This document shows, one piece after another, positions 42,868 through 50,152 of a stretch of 50,152 bases of DNA (positions are counted from its first letter, which is position 1; each line of letters starts with the position of its first letter). The stretch lies in IMG/VR virus record IMGVR_UViG_3300018031_000009, positions 1 through 50,152 of that record; one strand, given 5' to 3'. Both the position numbers and the translations under genes were made by a program. Source of the stretch: a virus (lineage: Duplodnaviria > Caudoviricetes). The notes below the pieces were generated by a model. The model was given only the letters and a program-made list of their open reading frames with translations. It searched no databases and was not told where the DNA came from.

Positions 42868-43215
42868 ATGCCAGGTCAGGACAGCTACAGCGACGCGGGG
42901 ACGGCCAAGCTCCGCAGCTTCACCGTCGACAACGGCGGGCGCTCGGAGGCGGTCGCGGTGAGCTCCACCTCCGCGGAGTCGAGCCCGATTCTTGCGCCAC
43001 AGGCGATCGTCACCCCGACGGTCGATGTCTTCGTGCGGCAGGGTGAGGACGGCAGCAACGATGCGCTCGACGACGGCACCGACATGGCGCTGCTCGCGAA
43101 CAGCACCTACCGGCTGACGGACATCACGCCGGGCAACACCCTCGCGTTCATCGTGGTGGAAGCCACGGATACCGGCTTCGTCTTCATCACGCCCGAGAAC
43201 GGCGAGCTCGGCTAA
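42868..43215 (+). CDS. Putative small beta-rich virion protein
   Basis: AAGGAG RBS; beta-strand-like pattern; located in the head module. Confidence 0.65.
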   Translation: MPGQDSYSDAGTAKLRSFTVDNGGRSEAVAVSSTSAESSPILAPQAIVTPTVDVFVRQGEDGSNDALDDGTDMALLANSTYRLTDITPGNTLAFIVVEATDTGFVFITPENGELG

Positions 43216-43220
43216 CCGTC

Positions 43221-43994
43221 ATGCGTTTCCACCGCGTCGGTAGCGTGCAGCTCGGCGTGACCATCGCCGGCAAGTTCGAGGCCGGAGGTGGCGGGCCCGT
43301 GGCCGACCTCACCCTGATGCTCGCCCATTTCGACGGGGCGGACAACCAACCCACGACGACCGATGAAGTCCCGACCGTCCTCTGGGACCTGGATCCCGCG
43401 GCTGGCGGGGCATCCGAATCCCATCTCGATACCGCGCAAAGCGTGTTTGGTGGGTCGGCACTGACCTGCGGAACCTCCACGGGGATTGACGCTACGGCCG
43501 CGAGTTTCGTGTCACCCCACGCGGGCTCTTGGACATACGAGGTGTTTTATCGGATCTCCGCGGCGGACTTCTCCGGAGGCATGGCCGTCCAGCTTTTGAC
43601 CGCCGCAGGCGAAAATTCTGCGTGGTTTCAACCTGGCGCCGGGGCGGAGAATGACTTTGCCTTCATCGTCTGGAATCAGGCTGGGGCAATCTTCATCATC
43701 AATACCGCTGTCGGAGTCCAGAACGCCGATGAGTGGTACTACGCGAGCATTGTTCGGGATGTAGTGGCCGGCACCTACGACCAGTACCACGGCCTCGTTT
43801 CGGGGGGCGTGGCAACCCGCCAGTTTCAGGACGCGGTAGCTACTGACGCGAGGAACATGGAGCGCTTCAACTGGAGCGCCAATATCGGGAGTGACGGCCG
43901 ATGGATCGAGGAGAGCAGGTTCAGCAGGGTGGCCCGGCCCGGCTATTCCGGGGCGTCCTATGCGATCCCGGCGGCCCCGTTTGTCCTCGACTAG
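43221..43994 (+). CDS. LamG/ConA-like jelly-roll virion protein
   Basis: LAHFDGAD...D, TAQSVFGGSAL, WTYEVF, WYYASIVR, IEESRFSRVAR. Confidence 0.75.
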   Translation: MRFHRVGSVQLGVTIAGKFEAGGGGPVADLTLMLAHFDGADNQPTTTDEVPTVLWDLDPAAGGASESHLDTAQSVFGGSALTCGTSTGIDATAASFVSPHAGSWTYEVFYRISAADFSGGMAVQLLTAAGENSAWFQPGAGAENDFAFIVWNQAGAIFIINTAVGVQNADEWYYASIVRDVVAGTYDQYHGLVSGGVATRQFQDAVATDARNMERFNWSANIGSDGRWIEESRFSRVARPGYSGASYAIPAAPFVLD

Positions 43995-44020
43995 CAACGG
44001 TTTACTTCAAGGAGACACCA

Positions 44021-45649
44021 ATGTCCGAACGAGTCAATGACCCGCGCCTGCAACTGCTCGAGCGCACCCCCGAGGGGGACCTCCAGCTCCAGGGCGACGC
44101 CCAACTGCTCGACGCGGACGGCAACGTCCTCGCCGCCGAGGGCGGCACCGGCGAGATCGCGCGCGAGACCGTGCCCGAGTTCTCGACCGACGCGGGGAAC
44201 TACGTCGAGTATGTGCTGCACCGTGAGCTCGTCGCCGAGGACTTCGACACCCCGATCCAGGGCGCGGTCACGGCCGAGCAGACCGTCGACGTTGGCGGCG
44301 CAATCCTCGGCGCTGATCCGACCGGCCTGGCGGACGACACCGCGGGATTCCAGGTGGTCGACGTCGGCGGCGCCAAGGTCGGCGGCAGCGCGACCGGGCT
44401 CTCGAACGATCCCGACGCAGCCGGCTTCCAGGTCGTCGACGTGGGCGGCACCAGGGTCGGTGGAGACGCCACTGGTCTCGCGAACGACAGCACGATCTAC
44501 GAGGCGATTGTCTCGGTGGACGGCGGCGCCCCGCAGGGGATCGCGCTGCTCGGCTCGGCGGCGCAAATCTACACGGATCTTCTGACCGAGCTCAACGCCG
44601 AGACCACTGGCGCGACCTGGGCGCTGATCGGCGGCAATCTGCGGCTGACCTCGGATACCCCCAGCGGCGCCGGCAGCACCATTCTCCTGACCGACCTCAC
44701 CGAGGACGATGTCTTCGCGGCCCTGACCGACTTCGTCGAGTACGAGGCCCCGGTGGCGGGTACGTCGCTGACGACGTACACCGCATCCGTGGTGATCGAC
44801 GGCGCCGCGTCGGAGCCCATTAGCATCGAGGGTCCGGACGCCCAGACGTACACCGATCTCCTGGCCGAGCTCAACGCCGACACGACCGGGACCTGGGCTA
44901 TCGTTTCCGGGAATCTGCGGCTTACGTCGGGGACCTTGGGTGTCGCCTCGACGGTCGTCATCACCGCTGGGACGCTCTTCCCGGCCCTGGACGACTTCGT
45001 CGAGATCGAGGCGGCCGTTGACGGGACCACGACCGATTACACGTTCACATTCTTCGTCGATGACAGCGGCGCCGTTCCGGTGACGATCAACGGCGCGGCT
45101 GCCCAGGACTACGACAGTCTGGTGGCGCAACTCAATACGGCTACGCCCGGCTTCACCTGGTCGGTTGCGACCGGGAACCTCGTGGCGACCGCGGACACCC
45201 CCGGCGCGATCGGGAGCTTCGAGATCACCCTGGATGAGCTCTTCCAGTTCCTCACCGATTTCGTCGAGATCGAGCCGCGCATCGCGGGCGAGGACGCGAT
45301 CACGTCGGTAGGCATCCTCATCCAGCAGCTTCCCGCGGACGCGATCTTTCTTGGCGGCATCGTCAGGGTCCCGATAACGTCGTTCAACCCAGGCACCTCG
45401 CTGACGATCGACGTGAACATCGGCGACTTCGAGGATAGCGGCGAGACGATGGTCAATGACGTCGACCTCACGATTGCTGATGTGGCTACGCTTTCAGCCG
45501 CGACGACCTTCGTAGGCGCCCGTGTCGTCGGCGAGTTTGAAGGCGATGGCACGGTCTGGGTCGACTACATCCTGACCGGCGCGGCCCCGACCGTCGGACG
45601 AGCCACCATCATCGTGCGGTACTTCGTCGCCGCACCGCTACCAGCGTAA
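44021..45649 (+). CDS. Acidic repeat-containing head decoration/fibre protein
   Basis: AAGGAG RBS; three short and three long internal repeats; C-terminal LPADA...IDVNIGD domain resembles 48414-48887. Confidence 0.75.
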   Translation: MSERVNDPRLQLLERTPEGDLQLQGDAQLLDADGNVLAAEGGTGEIARETVPEFSTDAGNYVEYVLHRELVAEDFDTPIQGAVTAEQTVDVGGAILGADPTGLADDTAGFQVVDVGGAKVGGSATGLSNDPDAAGFQVVDVGGTRVGGDATGLANDSTIYEAIVSVDGGAPQGIALLGSAAQIYTDLLTELNAETTGATWALIGGNLRLTSDTPSGAGSTILLTDLTEDDVFAALTDFVEYEAPVAGTSLTTYTASVVIDGAASEPISIEGPDAQTYTDLLAELNADTTGTWAIVSGNLRLTSGTLGVASTVVITAGTLFPALDDFVEIEAAVDGTTTDYTFTFFVDDSGAVPVTINGAAAQDYDSLVAQLNTATPGFTWSVATGNLVATADTPGAIGSFEITLDELFQFLTDFVEIEPRIAGEDAITSVGILIQQLPADAIFLGGIVRVPITSFNPGTSLTIDVNIGDFEDSGETMVNDVDLTIADVATLSAATTFVGARVVGEFEGDGTVWVDYILTGAAPTVGRATIIVRYFVAAPLPA

Positions 45650-45655
45650 CGCTGA

Positions 45656-45799
45656 CAGCAAGCCGCTCTCTCGCGAGAGCGGCTGACTGTGTGCGTTCTA
45701 CAGAACAGCGCCCGCGCGGGTAACTCTCGCGACGACGCTCCCGGCCCCGATCGCGGTCTTCCGCTCGGGATGCGAGCGGGCGCTGTTCTGTGTGCGTTC
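45656..45799 (+). other. Structured intergenic element (hairpin plus branched stem)
   Basis: AGCCGCTCTC-TCGC-GAGAGCGGCT; perfect 16-bp IR at 45700-45715/45776-45791; CTGTGTGCGTTC at 45687 and 45788. Confidence 0.7.
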
Positions 45800-45882
45800 A
45801 CGCATGCCTGTGCATGGCAGTCTCCGTGCCCCTTCGTCTGGGTGAAGACGTCCCGTGACCAACGCGATAAGTGGAGACCACA

Positions 45883-47019
45883 GTGAGTACCGTGAAAGAC
45901 CTGCAAGACCTGACGTATTTCAACGACCACCCCAACGAGCTTCCCGAGAACCAAGACCTCATCGACAAGCTGCTGGCCGGCGAGAAGATCCCGACCAAGA
46001 GTTCACTCCTCGCCGGAGACGGCGCGGGCGACGGTGCGGACGAGGGAGCGGATGCCGAGGCGACGGCCAAGGCGGAAGCGGAAGCGAAGGCGGCGGCCGA
46101 TGCCGCAGCGAAGGCGACAGCCGACGCGGCAGCCAAGGCCAAGGCCGGTGACGATGCCCAGAAGGGCGCCGTTGCCACGAAGGACGGAACCGGGACCATC
46201 CCGTATGAAGTCCTCCAAGGGGCGCGCCAGCGAGGCGAGGCCGAGAAGATCCGCGCCGATGAAGCCGAGCAGCGCGAACGCGACGCGAACACCCGTGCTG
46301 CCGCAGCGGAGAAAACCGCCCAGGTGCTCGAGGCGCGCGCCGCCGAGCTCGACGCCGCAGCGAAGGCCGGCAAGCCCGCATCTGGCAAGTCGACCGACAC
46401 CGACGAGATCCGCGAGCAGATCAACGCCATGCGCGAAGACCTGCCGGCGATGGCCGGGATCCTCGAAAAGCTGCTGGCGCGCGTGGACTCCTCCGAAGCC
46501 AAGGCCGCAAGGCTCGAGGCCAAGGACAAAGTCAACGACGACGCGGAAGCGGAAGTCGTGCGCGATGAAGTCCAGGTCCAGATCGACAGCAACCCGTCTC
46601 TCGCCCTCTGGCAAGAGAAACACCCCAAGGTGTTCGATCGGGCCTGCGCGATCGACGACCGCCTGAAAGAGGACCCCGTTTGGGGGAAGAAGCCTCTGAC
46701 GGAGCGGTTCGCCAAGGTAGTGCGCGACGTACTGGAAGAGGAACCCGAAGCACCGAAGCCCGACCCGGCGAAAGCCGGCGATGGCAAGGACGGCGGGAAG
46801 CTCTCTGTGGGCACGGATGTTCAGGCCAAGATCGATGCGGCGCTCGCCAAAGCCAGCAAGAAGGCTCCGGTGACGCTGTCCGACATGAAGGGCGGCGAGG
46901 CGCCCGGCCCGGACGAAATGGCCGACATCGAGGCGATCTCGGTGGATGAGCTCGCGGTTGCGATGCAGAAGATGCAGCCGGCACAGCTCGAGGCTTTCCT
47001 CGGACGTTACCAGGGCTAA
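45883..47019 (+). CDS. Capsid scaffolding protein
   Basis: Acidic and helical; TKDG.GTIPYEVL..AR motif; directly upstream of the MCP; GGAG RBS. Confidence 0.8.
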   Translation: MSTVKDLQDLTYFNDHPNELPENQDLIDKLLAGEKIPTKSSLLAGDGAGDGADEGADAEATAKAEAEAKAAADAAAKATADAAAKAKAGDDAQKGAVATKDGTGTIPYEVLQGARQRGEAEKIRADEAEQRERDANTRAAAAEKTAQVLEARAAELDAAAKAGKPASGKSTDTDEIREQINAMREDLPAMAGILEKLLARVDSSEAKAARLEAKDKVNDDAEAEVVRDEVQVQIDSNPSLALWQEKHPKVFDRACAIDDRLKEDPVWGKKPLTERFAKVVRDVLEEEPEAPKPDPAKAGDGKDGGKLSVGTDVQAKIDAALAKASKKAPVTLSDMKGGEAPGPDEMADIEAISVDELAVAMQKMQPAQLEAFLGRYQG

Positions 47020-47096
47020 TCGCGCCCGCGGTTAGTAACCGTTTGCTAGCGCGCGCGCCCTGACCCAATTCACTTCAACCAGCAAGGAGTACGAAA

Positions 47097-48386
47097 ATGC
47101 AGACCCAAGTTCCGGTCGGCTCCCCGCTCGCGCGCAAGCTGTTCAGCATCGGGCTGTTCACTCAGTACCAGCAGGCAGCCGGCTTCGGCCGCAATCTCCG
47201 CGGCCCCATGCCGACGCAATCGGCAGCGGAGGGCAAGATCAAGATGCAGTCCCCTCCGGGGATGCCCGTGGTGATGGCGACCGACCTCACCAAGACGGCG
47301 GGTGACGCCGTCAGCATCGACTGCTTCGACATCATCGGCGGGAAACCGCTGGTCGGCGACGTCAACGCGGAAGGGAAGGGCGAGAAGCTCACCTCCACGT
47401 CGATGGACGTCCGCATCGACCTTCTCACGAAGGTCGTGGATGCCGGCGGCAAGATGGCCCAGAAGCGGACGCTCCATCAGCTCCGCGGCATCGCCCGCAG
47501 CCAGCTCGTCGGCTACTACGCCAAGCTCGACTCGCAGTCGACCCTGGTCCACATGGCCGGTTCTCGCGGCACGCAGTCCAGCCGCGACTGGCTGATCCCC
47601 ACGGCGGCAGACGTCGACTTCGCCGGCATCCTCATCAACACGGTGAAGGCGCCGACGTACAACCGTCACTTCGTCGCGAACAACGGTGCCACGAAGGAGA
47701 TCACGCAAGGCGGTCTCCAGCTCGCGTCAATCGACTCGGGCGACGTGCTCTCCCTGGAGCACTTCGACATCTTGCGCGCGATGCTGGACGACATGGTGTA
47801 CCCGCTCCACCCCGTTCGGATCCAAGACGATCCGGCCGCGGCGGACGAACCCATGTGGTGCATGTACGTCACCGCGCGGCAGTGGAACTCGATCCTGGTG
47901 AACACGACCGGGCTCGTGTGGCGGACGTTCCTCCAGAACGCCTGGAACCGCAAGAACTACGGGTCGAAGCACCCGCTGTTCAGCGGCGAGACGGGCATGT
48001 GGAACGGCATCCTCGTGAAGCGGCTCGATCGCTTCTCGATCCGGTTCCTGCCGGGTGACGCCCACCAGTTCGTTGCTGTCGCCGACCGCTTCACCGCGGC
48101 CGAGACGGCGGGCACCGTCAACGCTGGCCTCACGGCCGGCTACGCGGTCGACCGCGCGCTGCTGCTGGGCGCGCAGGCCATCGGCTACGCTCTGGGCGTC
48201 AACGAGGGGTCGCAGTATTTCTTCTCGTGGCTCGAGCGGAAGTACAACTTCGAGCGAAACCTCGAAGTGGCTGGCGACCAGATGCACGGCAAGGCGAAGA
48301 TCCGCTTCGGCTACCCCGACAACGAGGGGAACGTCGAGCCCACGGATCACGGCGTCATCGCCTTCGACACCGCGGTCAAGCTGTAA
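47097..48386 (+). CDS. Major capsid protein (N4-gp56/DUF4043 family)
   Basis: DLTKTAGD.V, P.VGD..AEG.GE.L, HPLFSGETGMWNGILVK, DRALLLGAQA, DHGVIA.D; AAGGAG RBS. Confidence 0.92.
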   Translation: MQTQVPVGSPLARKLFSIGLFTQYQQAAGFGRNLRGPMPTQSAAEGKIKMQSPPGMPVVMATDLTKTAGDAVSIDCFDIIGGKPLVGDVNAEGKGEKLTSTSMDVRIDLLTKVVDAGGKMAQKRTLHQLRGIARSQLVGYYAKLDSQSTLVHMAGSRGTQSSRDWLIPTAADVDFAGILINTVKAPTYNRHFVANNGATKEITQGGLQLASIDSGDVLSLEHFDILRAMLDDMVYPLHPVRIQDDPAAADEPMWCMYVTARQWNSILVNTTGLVWRTFLQNAWNRKNYGSKHPLFSGETGMWNGILVKRLDRFSIRFLPGDAHQFVAVADRFTAAETAGTVNAGLTAGYAVDRALLLGAQAIGYALGVNEGSQYFFSWLERKYNFERNLEVAGDQMHGKAKIRFGYPDNEGNVEPTDHGVIAFDTAVKL

Positions 48387-48413
48387 TCCACCGCACAACT
48401 CAAGGAGAACACC

Positions 48414-48887
48414 ATGACCATCATCAACCCCGCGGACCTCTTTCTCAAGGCGGTCCAATCCAGCGGGGAAGGCAACGCGGTTGCCGACCAGCGCAAGGTC
48501 GTCGCCGAGGACGGCTTCTTCGAGACCGTCGGCAACAAGCTACGACTGGGACTCCTCCCGGCCGGAGTGGAGCTGCACGAGCTCAAGATCGAAGCGCCCG
48601 ACTCGGATGACGGCGCCAACCTCGTCGTCGACATCGGCTACGAATTCGCCGATGGCTCCGGCGGCGTCAGCGACTTCTTCCTCGACGGGTCCACTGGCCT
48701 CCAGGCCGGCGCCCCGACGGAAGTCGTCTACGACGTCTTCAACCGTGGCCCGGATGACACCTTCCCCCTCCTTCTCCAGAAGGATGCCTACATCACGCTC
48801 GTCATCATGACGGGTGCGGGTGCGAGCAACGTCGGGGGCGGGACGTTCTACTCCGCGTGGCGCGGCGTCACCTTCGGCGCCAAGTAA
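48414..48887 (+). CDS. Putative capsid decoration/cement protein
   Basis: Follows the MCP; LPAG...LVVDIGY...DFFL; AAGGAG RBS. Confidence 0.7.
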   Translation: MTIINPADLFLKAVQSSGEGNAVADQRKVVAEDGFFETVGNKLRLGLLPAGVELHELKIEAPDSDDGANLVVDIGYEFADGSGGVSDFFLDGSTGLQAGAPTEVVYDVFNRGPDDTFPLLLQKDAYITLVIMTGAGASNVGGGTFYSAWRGVTFGAK

Positions 48888-48914
48888 CCCCACAAGGGTT
48901 GCATCGCTACTCAG

Positions 48915-48946
48915 CTCGCCGGGCCACAAGCCCGGCGGGTTGTTCT
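48915..48946 (+). terminator. Putative intrinsic terminator after the capsid genes
   Basis: CGCCGGGC-CACAA-GCCCGGCG followed by GGTTGTTCT. Confidence 0.5.
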
Positions 48947-48992
48947 CACCGCACTCACCGAGCGCGGCGAGCACAGCCCACAGGAGACCGAC

Positions 48993-49694
48993 GTGAAATT
49001 CGTGAAATACATCGGCACGAAGCCCCTGAAACGCGACGAGATCACCGGCCTCTTGTTCGAGCCGGGCCAGGTTCACCCGGTCGACGACGCGCAAGGCGCG
49101 CGGATGACCGGGCACACGGATATGTACCTGGAGGTCGACCCGCCGGAGGGCGCCGCGCTGCCCGATGGCGTCGGGGCGGGCCTCGCCGACGTGCTGCTCA
49201 GGCGGCGCGCGCAGCGCCAGGCCGAGGACGAGGCCGCGGCGTACCTGTCGGTGCCCGTGAATGTCGGCGGCATGAACGGCTCGGCCCTGGAGTCCTACGC
49301 GCTACGCGAGTTCGGCGTCCGCTTCGAGCCCGGCATGAAGGAGCCCGCCATGCGTGAGCGCGTGGTCTCGCTGGTCCGCGGGCGCGAGTTCGACGTCGGG
49401 GTCTCCAAGATCGAGGACGTCCCGCAGGCGTCCGCGGTCCCGAAGCCGGCGCAGGAGCCGAAAGTCAAGTCCACCACGAAGCGGCGCGCGCCGCTCGTGA
49501 TTCCGCCCGATCCCCGCGACCTCGAGGGCCTCCGCGCCCAGAACGACGGCCCACAGCCAGTCACGAAGTCTCCCCTGGACGACGGGGTGCCCGTCACCAT
49601 CACCGACAGCGGCGATGTGGTCGAGCAGAAGCCGACCACGTTCCTCGAGATCCCCGAGGTCGGGCAAGGGCCGGCGGCGGTTGAGGTCGTCTGA
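48993..49694 (+). CDS. Head-module hypothetical protein
   Basis: AGGAG RBS; VKYIG.K...D..TG..F.PGQ..PV N-domain. Confidence 0.75.
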   Translation: MKFVKYIGTKPLKRDEITGLLFEPGQVHPVDDAQGARMTGHTDMYLEVDPPEGAALPDGVGAGLADVLLRRRAQRQAEDEAAAYLSVPVNVGGMNGSALESYALREFGVRFEPGMKEPAMRERVVSLVRGREFDVGVSKIEDVPQASAVPKPAQEPKVKSTTKRRAPLVIPPDPRDLEGLRAQNDGPQPVTKSPLDDGVPVTITDSGDVVEQKPTTFLEIPEVGQGPAAVEVV

Positions 49695-50026
49695 TGGCCT
49701 ACATCCTCCAGGACGTGCTCGACCGAGCGCGGTTCCCGCTCAACGACGACGACGCGGACCGCTACCCGGACGCCCGGCTCATGCCGGTCGTGAAGGGCGC
49801 GTTCGAGACGGCCTTCCGCAAGCGGCCGGACCTGTTCTTCGCCCTGCTGACCGACGTGCCGCCGCTCGACTTCTCGGCGATGGTGGTCGGCGAGCCCTTT
49901 CCGCTCCCGGACGAGTACCTCCAGGTGATCGCAGATTACGTCACGGCTCGCGCGGAGGGCGTGGACGACGAGCACATGAGCACCGGCCGCGCGCGCAACT
50001 ACTACGAGCTGTTCCTGATGGGGTGA
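49694..50026 (+). CDS. Putative head-tail adaptor (DUF6682-like)
   Basis: V.DRAR..LND.D..RY.D..L...RPDLF...DYV..RA...DDE. Confidence 0.7.
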   Translation: MAYILQDVLDRARFPLNDDDADRYPDARLMPVVKGAFETAFRKRPDLFFALLTDVPPLDFSAMVVGEPFPLPDEYLQVIADYVTARAEGVDDEHMSTGRARNYYELFLMG

Positions 50027-50030
50027 TGAA

Positions 50031-50152
50031 ATGTCGACGGCCTGGAGCGAGTTCTTCCCGAGCATCGTGCCGGACCTCCCCGGCGCCCCGCTGCCCCTGG
50101 TGGAGCATCACGTCCGCGAGGCCGTGCGCGAGTTCTGCGAGCAGACCCTCTA
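50031..50152 (+). CDS. Putative head-completion/tail adaptor protein (3'-truncated)
   Basis: WSEFFP.I.P..PGAP.PL....VREA..EFC..T; runs off the window. Confidence 0.65.
   Translation, partial: MSTAWSEFFPSIVPDLPGAPLPLVEHHVREAVREFCEQTL

Noticed and set aside
44490-45290. Contractile tail sheath
   Set aside because: The repeats resemble sheath/flagellin insertion domains, but no sheath core is present and the genome layout is podovirus-like.

Overview
The whole window reads as one continuous, high-GC temperate phage genome with a podovirus-like, 933W/Stx2-type layout, and no host genes were seen. The SSB sequence suggests a betaproteobacterial host (inference). From left to right it contains: the 3' ~9 kb of a giant polyvalent protein (LPD1, amino-methyltransferase, Strawberry-notch helicase, HExxH peptidase, C-terminal LPD38-like region); an apparently intact attP; a leftward early operon (int, xis, a stand-alone GGQ release-factor domain, an HhH DNA glycosylase, ssb, KTSC, exonuclease, Bet); an XRE repressor with no Cro; and a rightward replication/nin/Q region. 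These are followed by an inverted ~7 kb cassette of small genes, terS, small ORFs, terL, portal, three inserted beta-rich virion proteins, scaffold, an N4-gp56-type major capsid and head-completion genes. No lysis cassette is visible. The most unusual signals are a complete tRNA-His nested in-frame inside a CDS, a Tat-signal protein resembling a fragment of the phage's own capsid, the truncated release factor, a nested-domain decoration protein, three small proteins sharing a C-terminal motif, and a CCTAGT(C/A)A operator-like motif at four promoters. All family calls come from motifs recognised by eye; no searches were run.
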